Shown: in pieces, positions 1 through 9,168 of the stretch
How positions within the stretch are numbered: position 1 is the first letter of the stretch
How the letters are laid out: each line of letters starts with the position of its first letter
Source of the DNA: a virus
Taxonomy: Duplodnaviria; Caudoviricetes
IMG/VR virus record: IMGVR_UViG_3300042465_004861
Span: 1 to 25,007 of that record
Length of the DNA stretch: 25,007 bases
Direction: 5' to 3' (one strand)
Program-made: the position numbers and the translations under genes
The notes under the pieces: generated by a model
Told to the model about the DNA's origin: nothing
Seen by the model: only the letters and a program-made list of their open reading frames with translations
Database searches by the model: none

Positions 1-184
1 CTTCGTTCTTGACCGGTGCGGCGCTGAAGCCTGACAGCTTGGTTTCTTCTTCAAAGCTACGCTCCGAGCTCTCGGTTTCGTAGATTTCCTTGTGCTCCTC
101 GCCGTACTTTGCGTACTCAAGACCGAACAGTGCGTTCAGACCCGGCAGGAGTTCTTTCAGTAGTTGGGCACGTGAAATTGCCAT
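1..184 (-). CDS. Major capsid protein, 5' part (runs off the window start)
   Basis: Manual translation from ATG 184 gives MAISRAQLLKELLPGLNALFGLEYAKYGEEHKEIYETESSERSFEEETKLSGFSAAPVKNE, an N-terminus typical of Mu-gpT-like HK97-fold capsids. It has an AGGAGT RBS and lies downstream of the scaffold and portal genes. Missing from the ORF track. Confidence 0.85.
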   Translation of the reverse strand, partial: MAISRAQLLKELLPGLNALFGLEYAKYGEEHKEIYETESSERSFEEETKLSGFSAAPVKNE

Positions 185-194
185 GATTTACTCC

Positions 195-806
195 TTAGGT
201 GCCAGTAGTACTGTCGTACTGGTGGAGGTTGAACTTAACCAAGAACTCGAAATAGGTCGTGGTCGAAACGCTGGCCAGATTGCTGGCAGTGTCAGGCACC
301 ACGTCTACCACGCGAATTGGCAGGGTGTTGGTCGTGTTGGACGAGGAACCGTCGATGCCGTAAGCGGAATCGCCAGTGATCGTCGAACCTGCGCCAGCGA
401 CCAGAGCAACGTTGGAACCAACGATGTTGCGGTCATAAGCGACAGGCGTGGTCGAACCAACGGTCGTTGCGGCAACGCGGAAAACCGCGTTCGGATCATC
501 CACCACATAGGCGAACGCCAGATTGCTGGTGGTCGAGGCTGCTGCCGGGTACGCTTGACCTTGCACGGTTTGACCTTGCGAGTTCACGAACTGACAGCCA
601 ACCAGAACACCAACGGAAGCGCCGGTATCGGTGGCAGTTTTGGCGATGATGTAGCCGTTTGAAAGGGCCACAGTGTCGCCGTTGAGGATTGCAGTGGCGT
701 AGCCAGCGGCAACCGGGATTTGACGGATCGCTCCGGCGTAGGGTAGGCCGTCCAGTCGATTGACCGGGCGGAAGCCATACGTCTTATCAATGGTCGGGTA
801 TGCCAT
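195..806 (-). CDS. Putative capsid decoration / minor head protein
   Basis: 203 aa, beta-strand-like and rich in Gly/Thr/Ala/Val (YGFRPV...GVLVGCQF...YVVDDPNAVF). Immediately upstream of the capsid gene, with a GGAGT RBS. Confidence 0.65.
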   Translation of the reverse strand: MAYPTIDKTYGFRPVNRLDGLPYAGAIRQIPVAAGYATAILNGDTVALSNGYIIAKTATDTGASVGVLVGCQFVNSQGQTVQGQAYPAAASTTSNLAFAYVVDDPNAVFRVAATTVGSTTPVAYDRNIVGSNVALVAGAGSTITGDSAYGIDGSSSNTTNTLPIRVVDVVPDTASNLASVSTTTYFEFLVKFNLHQYDSTTGT

Positions 807-823
807 TTGAAGACTCCAAAAAG

Positions 824-1294
824 TTAAATGCCTTTGCCAAAAGTGACTTTCGTGGACCGCTCTTTGAAGAGAGGCATACGAGCGTCATTTTCTCGCATGA
901 AGGTGTTGTCAACTGAATTCATCTGAGCTTCCGCTTGACTGCGGTAGTACTCGTCACGCTGTCCAGTCAACTCCACGGGTGTTTTGCAAAGGAGCAGTCC
1001 ACCAACCTCAATGCTGTCGGGAAACCGCGATTGGCCTCCACTGAACAGGCGAATTTCGGGGTGTTCCGACGCCTTCACGGGCTCCCAGCCCTCGCGTAAT
1101 TTTCCAGAAATGTTCGTGGCATCGTCTTTGCCAAGCGTTGAAATGCGAATCCAGCGGAACGCATAGCCCTCTTCCGGGTTCGGATCGGGCAGAAGCTGGG
1201 GCGGCATCCACTTCTTCGGTCGCTCTGCAGCGTCACGGTTTTGAAGGGAACGCGGTTCACGCACTTGATCTTGTTCAGTCTTAGCCATTTTCAT
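824..1294 (-). CDS. Conserved phage head-module protein
   Basis: 156 aa with WMPPQLLP...GYAFRWIR...REGWEPV...GGLLLCK motifs. ATGA overlap with the upstream gene. Confidence 0.7.
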   Translation of the reverse strand: MKMAKTEQDQVREPRSLQNRDAAERPKKWMPPQLLPDPNPEEGYAFRWIRISTLGKDDATNISGKLREGWEPVKASEHPEIRLFSGGQSRFPDSIEVGGLLLCKTPVELTGQRDEYYRSQAEAQMNSVDNTFMRENDARMPLFKERSTKVTFGKGI

Positions 1295-2256
1295 TTCCTC
1301 ATTTCATCCGCAACCTTGCGAGCATAGAGTTCCAACGGAACACCTAGCCGTTTGGCGATTTCGACCTGCGTCTTCGTAAGCACGATCTTTTTGGGCGCTG
1401 TGCTTCTTGTCGCGGGCGCAACATTCGACTTTTTGGGGGGCGAAGTGGACGCATCCGCCGGCTTCTCTGAATCGAATGCTTCAGGGAAACGCTCCCGCAT
1501 TTCTTGGTCAATACGCCTGTAGTAGGCCTCTGACCCAGCGGTAACTCCTTCGGCAACCAAATCCTCGTGCAATCCAAGCGCAAACGCTGTCATACGCTTG
1601 TTAGGTCCAAACCACTGATTTTGTTCTTGCCAAGCAAGCAGTTTGGGGTCTCTTTGCACAGGTTGTGGTGCCTGTACCTCGGTTTTTACAGGAGTTTCTT
1701 GTTCCTGTAAAGAGGGTGGCTTGAAGCTGGCAATTCTCTCGGCCCGCATCTTTGCGGTCGTAAGCTCTTCCTGAGCCGAAACAAGGGCGTCCGAGTCGCC
1801 AGACTCGTATGCCGCTTTGTATTTGGCTTTTGCCTGCTCCAAATCGTTCGCAATGTTCTTTTTTGCCTGCTCCAGCAAGGCCGTTTGATTCGAACTCAGA
1901 GAGCCTTTGAGCTTCTTGTTCTCCTCAATGATTGCCTCGGCCAAACGCAGAGCTTCTTCGCGCTCACGCAATGCCGCTTCCTTGGCCCGGCGTTCCTCGT
2001 GGTAGCCCTTGGTGAAGTGCTGGATGCGCTTTCGCACGCTCTCGTCGTACTTGGCCAATTCATCATCAGCCATCTCTTTTGGCGGCTCCTCCATAGGCTT
2101 GCGCCCACGGTCCGCCATAGGAGTGTCGTCAACAACCTCAATCTCAGGCTTGCTGTCGTCATCCTTATCATTGGCCTCAACAACGGCACCGCCTTTGCGA
2201 GGGTTATCTTTCTCCTCGTCAGGGAAAGTGAACTCGACTTTTTCAATTTCAGCCAT
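1291..2256 (-). CDS. Putative capsid scaffolding protein
   Basis: 321 aa with an acidic N-terminus, a long Glu/Lys/Ala coiled coil, a NQWFG motif and a short C-terminal helical domain (IAKRLGVPLELYA). Lies between portal and capsid. Confidence 0.65.
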   Translation of the reverse strand: MAEIEKVEFTFPDEEKDNPRKGGAVVEANDKDDDSKPEIEVVDDTPMADRGRKPMEEPPKEMADDELAKYDESVRKRIQHFTKGYHEERRAKEAALREREEALRLAEAIIEENKKLKGSLSSNQTALLEQAKKNIANDLEQAKAKYKAAYESGDSDALVSAQEELTTAKMRAERIASFKPPSLQEQETPVKTEVQAPQPVQRDPKLLAWQEQNQWFGPNKRMTAFALGLHEDLVAEGVTAGSEAYYRRIDQEMRERFPEAFDSEKPADASTSPPKKSNVAPATRSTAPKKIVLTKTQVEIAKRLGVPLELYARKVADEMRK

Positions 2257-2264
2257 GATTCACC

Positions 2265-2666
2265 TCACGCACGAGAGATGCCGCGGGGATCTTGCACAAC
2301 GGCCTCCACGCTGTCATCGTTGATGATCCGGAATTCACGGCCGTGGATCTTGATCCGTGTGCCAGTGTTTGGCCGCACAAGAACAAAATCTCCAACCCTG
2401 CAGGACGGTCCGCTCGGGAATCGCTTTTCATCCTTGTAGGCGTCGGGCCCCATCTTGACAACAAACAACACAGGCGAGAGCACCTCTTCAAAGTGCATCG
2501 TCTGTCCGGCCTTGATGAGACCGCTGTCGTATTGCTCCTCGATTTCAGGCAGAACGCAAAGGAGATGGTAGGTAGCCGGATCTGGCAATTGCTTTGCCTT
2601 GTCTTCTGACTCTTTGTTCAGAATGTTCGACAAATCAACGGCCGAGGCCAAGTTAAGATCACTCAT
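2265..2666 (-). CDS. GroES/Cpn10-like co-chaperonin
   Basis: LPDPATYHLL...SGLIKA...VVKMGPDAY...VGDFVLV...G.EFRIINDDSVEAVV follows the Cpn10 pattern. Alternative start at 2672. Confidence 0.8.
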   Translation of the reverse strand: MSDLNLASAVDLSNILNKESEDKAKQLPDPATYHLLCVLPEIEEQYDSGLIKAGQTMHFEEVLSPVLFVVKMGPDAYKDEKRFPSGPSCRVGDFVLVRPNTGTRIKIHGREFRIINDDSVEAVVQDPRGISRA

Positions 2667-2856
2667 CGTCATCGTCTTTCAGTTTACGCACGAGGTCGGC
2701 AATTTCTCGTTGTGCGGTCTGCAGACCTCGGATCACTCCGCACAACTCTTTGTAGGCGGCAAAGTCGTTTGCCGTACCGCCAACCAAAGCCTCTGAATGA
2801 CTTTTGACTTGCTCTTCAATCTTCTTGTTGAGCAGATCCAGTACCTGTATTTCCAT
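2659..2856 (-). CDS. Small conserved phage protein
   Basis: 65 aa, helical (YKELCGVIRGL), with a GGAGA RBS. Its start overlaps the portal stop codon. Confidence 0.65.
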   Translation of the reverse strand: MEIQVLDLLNKKIEEQVKSHSEALVGGTANDFAAYKELCGVIRGLQTAQREIADLVRKLKDDDDE

Positions 2857-5378
2857 CAATCTCCTTTACGTCCCGACGTAGGCGCAGTCGGCTTGGATAA
2901 TGACTGCAGCAGTTTTTGTTGAGCCCTGAAGGCGGCATCAGCACGTTGCTGCTCCATCTTCTGCTCAAACAACTGCTGCTCTTGGCTCATCTCAAGAGCG
3001 TGCTTTTGCTGGCTTTGAACCATCTCTTGCTGCGCCCTTGCGGCAGCTATGGCCGGATCTTCTCCAACCCTGCTGGCAACTTCTTGAGCCTTGAGTTGCA
3101 ATTCCTGTTGCTTGATCGCCAGATCGCCCTGCACCTTTTGCGCCTTGGTCTGCGCCTCTTGTGCGCGAATCTGCAGCTCTGCCTGCTGCATCTGGACAAT
3201 CGGGTCTTGAGCGACCTGCTGGGCCTGCTTTTGAGCGGCCTCACCTTGATGAATTTGGGTCAACTGCTGCGCAGCTTCGGCCGTCAACTTTGACAATTGA
3301 ACCTCGACCTGCTCGGGCATGTCAGTATTGGGCGCAGGCAAAGTAACGCCGAGTCTCTGCTCAAGCTGCTGACGATATTGGAACGCCACATGCTCTGCAA
3401 TGTGCGCCATCATCGCCGCTTGAATTTGCTGGGCCATCGGGTTCTGCCCAATCTGACCCATGATCATCGGGTCCTGCATCATCGAAGTATGAACAGCAAT
3501 GTGCGCCGCATGGTCTTGGTAAATGAATGCCTTGGTCGGCTTGCCGGTCAGGAAAGCCATGTTCTCGCTCACCGGGTCACGAGGCTTCATGTCATCTTCG
3601 ATTGGCACCAGCTTGTCTGCGTTCTTGATGCCCAGCACCTCGATCATCTGTCGGTGCAACTGTGGCAAGTCGTAAATCTGCGGGGCCTGCTGCGCCAACT
3701 GGATCACAGCCTGATACTGCATGATCCTCTGAGCCATCGTGGCGCTGTTGGGGTCGGACACGGGGATAACCTCCACCATGTCGTAGTCAGACTGCTTGGC
3801 CCGGCGGTTACCACTCTCAGGGTCATAGCCATACTCGGTCGGAGCATGGTCACGAATGATGTCGCGCAACAGCTTGAACTCTTGGCGCATCGAATAATGC
3901 ACCCGAGCCTGCACAGCAGACATTGTTTTGAGCTGCCGCTCCAGCAAAGCCAGCGTAGTGCCCACCGGAGCGTTGGCACTCATGTCGCTGATCTTCATGT
4001 CAGCAATCGAGCCCAGCCTCCTGCCCTCTTCTGTGATCCTCTCAAGCAGCCCGGCAAGAACTTGGCTCGGCTCCTTGTACGGCAGGGGCATGATGTTGTC
4101 ACGCACGCTGCCCGAGGGCACATCTACATCACGGAACTCGCCCGGAGCGATCGGCGTATCGTCGCCCTTGATGCGCAGGCCGCGAGACTTCAGGCCACCG
4201 GGCAGGTTCGACAGTGTGCCGGCGTCAACAAGCTGCCGAATAATTGAAGTTCCGGCCCTCGCATACCCGCCAATCAGGTGGATATAGCCAAATCCATAGG
4301 GACCAAAGCCAGGCACATAGCAGTAATCGACGTAGTGCTGCCGCTTGAGGCGTTTGTCGTCCGTTTCCTTCCAGTTTCTGTAGATCGACAGCACCTTGTT
4401 TGTCGTTCTGTCCACAGAAATGATGTACGGCAGGGCAATCCCATCCTTGTCTTCAAAGCCGGGCAGGTCCCACTCAACATTGGCCTCAAAAATCGTGTAC
4501 CTGTTGTCCTCGTTGAGGCTGTAGCCCTGCTCTTCGGCCTTCTTTTTCTCAATGTCGGAGTGAAAAGTGACCGGCTCACCGAGGTCAACATCACGATAAA
4601 AGCCATCGACCTGCAGCTTCTTGATGTCGTTCTTGGTCTTGCGCATGATGTGCGTCACGCGCTCGGCCGTCCTTGCGCTCGACGCGCCATAAGGAATGAT
4701 GATCTCCTCGGCCGGGATAAAAATCGCCACCTGTCGGCCAAGGTTCGGGTCAAAGTACACCTTCTTGAAGGCAGATCCCGCAAGGCCAAGGTTGAAAAGC
4801 ATCCGCTCATGCTCGGGCCGGTACTCAGGCATCTCCTCGGTGAGCTGATAGTTCATGTCATCCTTGACACGCTCTGCAGCTTCTTCCTTGAGTTTGCTGA
4901 TCGCCCCAACAATCTCCGTCTTGACCGGACCGCCAGCAGGGAAGGTCTCGATAATGGTCTCGCTTTGAAACCTCACCGCCGCCTCAGTCAGTAGCGTAGA
5001 GAAAACACCACAAGCCCCATCCCACGGCTCAGTGCGCTCCTCATAGCGCATCCCCAGCACTTCCAAGCCCTTGACGTACATCTCAACCCAGTCACGACGA
5101 CTGTTAACGTCAGCCTCCACCAGCTCCACAATCTCATTGGCTATGGATTGCAGATCACCCTCCTCCAGATATTCGGCCAAGTTCGCATCAAATGGAATGT
5201 CCTGCGCAACCTCGGCACCGGGCATCAGATCAATCACCGTCCCATCAATGCCAATCTGAACATCGTCCGGGTTCTCAATCATGATCTCAATGGCAGGCGT
5301 GTCATCCTGAACCATGTTCTCCAGATCAAGACCAAGTGGGGCACCGCCAATACCGGGAACTATGCTGCTCGTTGCCAT
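2856..5378 (-). CDS. Portal protein (P22-like, with long Gln-rich C-terminal coiled coil)
   Basis: 840 aa directly downstream of TerL. Motifs EPWDGACGV, GSAFKKVY, GFGPYGFG, DAGTLSNLPGG, plus a Q-rich barrel-like tail. Confidence 0.85.
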   Translation of the reverse strand: MATSSIVPGIGGAPLGLDLENMVQDDTPAIEIMIENPDDVQIGIDGTVIDLMPGAEVAQDIPFDANLAEYLEEGDLQSIANEIVELVEADVNSRRDWVEMYVKGLEVLGMRYEERTEPWDGACGVFSTLLTEAAVRFQSETIIETFPAGGPVKTEIVGAISKLKEEAAERVKDDMNYQLTEEMPEYRPEHERMLFNLGLAGSAFKKVYFDPNLGRQVAIFIPAEEIIIPYGASSARTAERVTHIMRKTKNDIKKLQVDGFYRDVDLGEPVTFHSDIEKKKAEEQGYSLNEDNRYTIFEANVEWDLPGFEDKDGIALPYIISVDRTTNKVLSIYRNWKETDDKRLKRQHYVDYCYVPGFGPYGFGYIHLIGGYARAGTSIIRQLVDAGTLSNLPGGLKSRGLRIKGDDTPIAPGEFRDVDVPSGSVRDNIMPLPYKEPSQVLAGLLERITEEGRRLGSIADMKISDMSANAPVGTTLALLERQLKTMSAVQARVHYSMRQEFKLLRDIIRDHAPTEYGYDPESGNRRAKQSDYDMVEVIPVSDPNSATMAQRIMQYQAVIQLAQQAPQIYDLPQLHRQMIEVLGIKNADKLVPIEDDMKPRDPVSENMAFLTGKPTKAFIYQDHAAHIAVHTSMMQDPMIMGQIGQNPMAQQIQAAMMAHIAEHVAFQYRQQLEQRLGVTLPAPNTDMPEQVEVQLSKLTAEAAQQLTQIHQGEAAQKQAQQVAQDPIVQMQQAELQIRAQEAQTKAQKVQGDLAIKQQELQLKAQEVASRVGEDPAIAAARAQQEMVQSQQKHALEMSQEQQLFEQKMEQQRADAAFRAQQKLLQSLSKPTAPTSGRKGD

Positions 5379-5387
5379 ATCGCATCC

Positions 5388-6893
5388 TCAATAGAAAGCG
5401 GCCTTACGCCGAAAGGACAGGGGCTCGTCCTGTTCGTCAGATTCTAGTCTCAACAAGCCGCCTTGTCGAAACCTGAGCATCGCCTGCACCGCCGTGTCCG
5501 TCAAATCATCATGCGCCGCATTCGGGAAAGCAGCCATCTGATCAATCAACTCCCTCGCCCACCTCGTGTCCGGCGCCCACACCACGCCAGACTTGAATAT
5601 GTCAGACACAGAGTTCAAACGGGAAATCTTGTCGTTTGACTGCTTGGCCGTCCCACGAACCGGCGTGTACTCACTTACCGGTATGCCCGCCTGCCTCAAC
5701 TCATACACCAACGGCGCACCAGCAGCCTTCGCCTCAATAATACAAGTGTCAGGTTGCCACTCCATATACATTGACTTGGCCTTCTCCTTCAACTCAGGAA
5801 ACTCCATCCGCTTTTGAAAAGCATCAAGCAAAATAATGTTCGGCGCCCTCTTGTCCTCATCCAAATAAAAAATCCCCCACGTCGTACACGCAGAAAAGTC
5901 CGACCGCTCATTCTTCGTATAAGCCGTGTCCCAACTCTGAATAATGTACTCACACGGCGGCGGATCATCCTTTTCCCACACCCTCCACCAGTCCCGCTTG
6001 ACAATCGCGCCCTCCTCACCCGTAGGCTGCTGCTGGTATTGAGCATTCCACTTGTTGGCCGGCAACTCCTCCTTGAGCGCCTCCAACTCCTTCAAAGACC
6101 AAAACTCCGGCCACAACGGCTTGCCAGAGGGCATGATCGCCGGCAACTCCACAACCTCCCACTCATCGAGCCGGTCCCTCTCGGCCGCATCCTTCAAAAC
6201 CCGCCCAATCAAATCACGCTCAGACCACCTCGTCGCAATAATCACTATCGCCCCATTAGGCTGCAACCGCTGCCTCGGGCCAGACGTGTACCACTCATAC
6301 GACTTGTCATACACACTCGGATCATGCGCCGCTAAAGCAGCCTCCTGCTCCGTGTGCGGATCATCAATCACCACCAAATCCGCACCCCGACCAGTCATCG
6401 TGCCACCCACACCAATAGCAAAATACTCCCCATCATGGTTCGTACTCCACCGGCCAGCCGCCTTCGAATCCTGCCTCAACGTCACATTCGGAAACACCTG
6501 CGCATACTGCTCAGACATCACCAAGTTCCTCACCTTGCGACCAAACCCAACCGCCAACTCACCAGTGTTTGACGACTGCATCACCTTCTTGCCCGGAAAC
6601 TTCCCCAAAAACCACGCCGGAAATAAATAAGACCCAAACTCACTCTTCGTGTGCCGCGGCGGCAACGAAATCGCCAACCTCTTTAACCTCCCAGCCGCAA
6701 TGTCCTCAAACTTCTGCGCCAACACCGCATGATGCCGCCCATGCACAAATCCCGGCCACATCTTCCTCACAAACGCCATAAACGACGCCTGCCCCCTCTC
6801 CCTCTCCAACGCCATCTTGTACTCGCCCACCTGCTCCATCAACTTCTCCCTCTCATGCGCAGGCAAACCCCCCACCAACTCCTCTATATTCAT
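5388..6893 (-). CDS. terL: Terminase large subunit
   Basis: Walker A-like LPPRHTKSE, Walker B VVIDDPH, coupling motif IATRW, and RNase H-like nuclease motifs QSWDTA, IIEAKAAG and HDDLTD. Confidence 0.95.
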   Translation of the reverse strand: MNIEELVGGLPAHEREKLMEQVGEYKMALERERGQASFMAFVRKMWPGFVHGRHHAVLAQKFEDIAAGRLKRLAISLPPRHTKSEFGSYLFPAWFLGKFPGKKVMQSSNTGELAVGFGRKVRNLVMSEQYAQVFPNVTLRQDSKAAGRWSTNHDGEYFAIGVGGTMTGRGADLVVIDDPHTEQEAALAAHDPSVYDKSYEWYTSGPRQRLQPNGAIVIIATRWSERDLIGRVLKDAAERDRLDEWEVVELPAIMPSGKPLWPEFWSLKELEALKEELPANKWNAQYQQQPTGEEGAIVKRDWWRVWEKDDPPPCEYIIQSWDTAYTKNERSDFSACTTWGIFYLDEDKRAPNIILLDAFQKRMEFPELKEKAKSMYMEWQPDTCIIEAKAAGAPLVYELRQAGIPVSEYTPVRGTAKQSNDKISRLNSVSDIFKSGVVWAPDTRWARELIDQMAAFPNAAHDDLTDTAVQAMLRFRQGGLLRLESDEQDEPLSFRRKAAFY

Positions 6894-6926
6894 CTCATAT
6901 CTCCATCTCTACCTAACACATGACAT

Positions 6927-6947
6927 TGTGGATAAACCTGTGCATAA
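6927..6947 (-). promoter_or_regulatory. Two tandem DnaA-box matches
   Basis: TGTGGATAA (6927-6935) reads TTATCCACA and TGTGCATAA (6939-6947) reads TTATGCACA on the - strand. Both fit TT(A/T)TNCACA, are 3 nt apart and precede an AT-rich intergenic stretch. Confidence 0.55.
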
Positions 6948-6955
6948 CTTTTTCA

Positions 6956-6977
6956 GGCAATCAAAACGCTTTGATTG
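6956..6977. promoter_or_regulatory. Palindromic operator-like site, copy 1
   Basis: GG-CAATCAAA-ACGC-TTTGATTG. An exact 22-bp reverse-complement copy lies at 17934-17955. Confidence 0.6.
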
Positions 6978-7081
6978 AGCCCTCCTAAAAGTTCTCGTTT
7001 CGGAAAACTAAACTAACGCCAAGGTTATGAGTTTGAGAAAGTGCTTTTTTGCTTAAAAAATAAGCATGGGGCCAAGGCAGT

Positions 7082-7765
7082 TTAGGTACCATCACCGGGG
7101 GGGGTCTCCCTGTGGCAGGGGGTGGGGTCCAAATCCGACAAAACTTCTGATTGTTCAGGCGGGATAGTATGCGATTTGTCGCCGGGTCCCTCGCCGCCTG
7201 CTTGGGGGGTGCCCACCGGGTGGGGTGCGAGCTCGGCCAGCAACGCATCGGCGTCGGCCGCGGTCACGTCTACGGCGTCGGCATTCATGAGGGCGCGAAG
7301 CTCAGCCATGATGCGGGCGCGTGCATCTTCACTCGATTGCACCAGCCGGGTTTCCTTGCGTTCGGTGAATGCCGCTACTTCAGTCACAGTCCCCAGTGTC
7401 TTGAGAGCCTGAAGGCGCGTGCTCTCTTTGACGTTCGGGTCCGTGGCCATCTCGACAAGGGAGTGCACGACAAGGGCGCGAAGGGCTGCAGGGCTTTTTA
7501 TATGTTCTGCCGCCTGAGCCCGTTCTATCGCTGCGATTTCTTGCTGCACTCTTTCGTCGCGTGCCAGTATGTACGGATGCCGGACGATGCTGTGCTGGCT
7601 TGTGGCGTTAGGGTAAGCGGCCCGGTAGGCGTCCGCTTTTGTGGCTCCCATTGCCACTTCACGAGCGAACCGTTTTTGTTTAGCGGTTAGTTTTTGCTTG
7701 CCCCGGACTGCATGGGCGGGAAACAGTAGATTGTCCGGGGCTTGTTCTATATCTTCGGGGCGCAT
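7082..7765 (-). CDS. terS: Terminase small subunit
   Basis: N-terminal HTH signature KLTAKQKRFAREVAMGATKADAYRAAY and an RLQALKTLG helix. Upstream of terL, with a GAGGA RBS. Confidence 0.8.
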   Translation of the reverse strand: MRPEDIEQAPDNLLFPAHAVRGKQKLTAKQKRFAREVAMGATKADAYRAAYPNATSQHSIVRHPYILARDERVQQEIAAIERAQAAEHIKSPAALRALVVHSLVEMATDPNVKESTRLQALKTLGTVTEVAAFTERKETRLVQSSEDARARIMAELRALMNADAVDVTAADADALLAELAPHPVGTPQAGGEGPGDKSHTIPPEQSEVLSDLDPTPCHRETPPGDGT

Positions 7766-7982
7766 GGCATCCTCATATATGGGTTGACAGTATGGTGGAT
7801 GATACAGGGCTGCAGCGCTTCGCGCAAAGGGCGGGCCAGGCGCCGGGCGATTGTCTCAGGCTATCGGGTCCGCGTTTTCGATTAAAAAATACTCGTTGCA
7901 CAGGGCTTCGCAAGACCCGCAAAACTCCCGAAAATATCCAACAGGCAACACGCCTACAACCTAACACACAGGAACAGACACT

Positions 7983-8171
7983 ATGAACAAATCAGAGACC
8001 CGCGAAATAGTAAAACTCGCCACTTGGCATAAGGCGGGCATACCCGCCGAAATTATCGCCCGAGGATTGTCCGCACTGATCCGCGCAGCACGAACCAAGA
8101 AAAGCCGCGCCGCCCTGATGGAATACGCGCCGATTTTCGCAGTAAGCAATAACCCCGAATTCATCATTTAA
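7983..8171 (+). CDS. Hypothetical early protein
   Basis: 62 aa with an AGGA RBS; first gene of the rightward cluster. Confidence 0.6.
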   Translation: MNKSETREIVKLATWHKAGIPAEIIARGLSALIRAARTKKSRAALMEYAPIFAVSNNPEFII

Positions 8172-8217
8172 CCAAACCCGCCCGCCTAACCAGCGGGCAC
8201 AACAGGAACCCACCACC

Positions 8218-8418
8218 ATGACCATGAAGCAATACACCTACGAAGCAACGAACCGCAGGACCGGCCGGGTTGAACACATCCGCGCCACCGCCAGCACGCC
8301 GGACATTGCACGAGCCGCCATCGTTGATTATTACGCCGACCAATTCGACATTGCCGAACTCTACGCCGACATTGACCCGCCGCACCACACGCTGGGCGAA
8401 ATTGACTGCGCCGCATAA
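8218..8418 (+). CDS. Hypothetical early protein
   Basis: 66 aa with an AGGA RBS, preceded by a GCCCGC/GCGGGC hairpin. Confidence 0.6.
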   Translation: MTMKQYTYEATNRRTGRVEHIRATASTPDIARAAIVDYYADQFDIAELYADIDPPHHTLGEIDCAA

Positions 8419-8431
8419 AGGAGCCGCAACC

Positions 8432-8605
8432 ATGAACGCATACAAAGAAAACGGATTCACCAGCCGCCGGGACTATCTCGACGACCTAGCCGACAGCACA
8501 GGGATTGACAGGGCCACCGTTTACGCGCTGGCCGACCTACTGGGCCCGAATGAAGATTTCGACGGGCTTGTAACCGCGCTGGAAGACATAGCGGAGGGTT
8601 ACTAA
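8432..8605 (+). CDS. Small acidic phage protein
   Basis: MNAYKENGFTSRRDYLDDLA...LLGPNEDFDGLVTALED (57 aa). The AAGGAG RBS supports 8432 as the start rather than 8270. Confidence 0.7.
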   Translation: MNAYKENGFTSRRDYLDDLADSTGIDRATVYALADLLGPNEDFDGLVTALEDIAEGY

Positions 8606-8791
8606 ATGACCACCGCAGACCGTATCCGCCGCGCAGCCGCCCGCCTTGCCGGGTACACCGTACAGGGCGCCGGGTTTACCGCCCGGCATCACACGCTCAC
8701 CCTACGCGCCGCCCTTGCATGGGCCGCGTGCTATCCAGCCGCAACCGTGACCCGCCGCGGCCGTTTTATCGCCAGCAAGACCACCAACTAA
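8606..8791 (+). CDS. Hypothetical early protein
   Basis: 61 aa; abuts the previous stop codon and has a GGAGG RBS. Confidence 0.55.
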   Translation: MTTADRIRRAAARLAGYTVQGAGFTARHHTLTLRAALAWAACYPAATVTRRGRFIASKTTN

Positions 8792-8808
8792 CCACAGGAG
8801 CCTAAACC

Positions 8809-9159
8809 ATGAAAACCGCAGACTTCCACGACTTCGCCCGCGCCATTCTCGCCGCACCGCCCGCCCGCACAGCGCCCACGCTTGCCGAAAAGGTAGACCG
8901 GCTGGGCGAAATCAAAGCCGCACAGGCAGAACTTCAAACCGAATTCGACAAGATCCGCGCCGAACTCGAGGCCGCGGGACTGCCCGCCATTGACGGCCAC
9001 CAGTACCGCGCCACTTTCAGCACCAGCACCCGCGACACCGTGAACTGGCAAGCAATCGCCCGCCGATTGAAAGCCAGCGCCCAATTGATCCGCGCATACA
9101 CCACCACCAGCGAACCCGCGACCGCGTGCCGCGTTACCGCCCGCAAAACCACACACTAA
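8809..9159 (+). CDS. Hypothetical phage protein
   Basis: 116 aa with an AGGAG RBS and a VDRLGEIKAAQAEL coiled segment. Confidence 0.65.
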   Translation: MKTADFHDFARAILAAPPARTAPTLAEKVDRLGEIKAAQAELQTEFDKIRAELEAAGLPAIDGHQYRATFSTSTRDTVNWQAIARRLKASAQLIRAYTTTSEPATACRVTARKTTH

Positions 9160-9168
9160 GGGGAAATC

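Noticed and set aside
90-6923. Long + strand ORFs opposite the structural genes (e.g. 90-662, 3297-4247, 4278-4994, 6052-6630)
   Set aside because: They are antisense shadows of well-supported - strand genes in GC-rich DNA and have no motifs or RBS.
7784-7926. Early promoter candidates (TTGACA at 7784, TTGCAC at 7896)
   Set aside because: Neither has a well-spaced consensus -10. A promoter is expected in this divergent gap, but I cannot place it.
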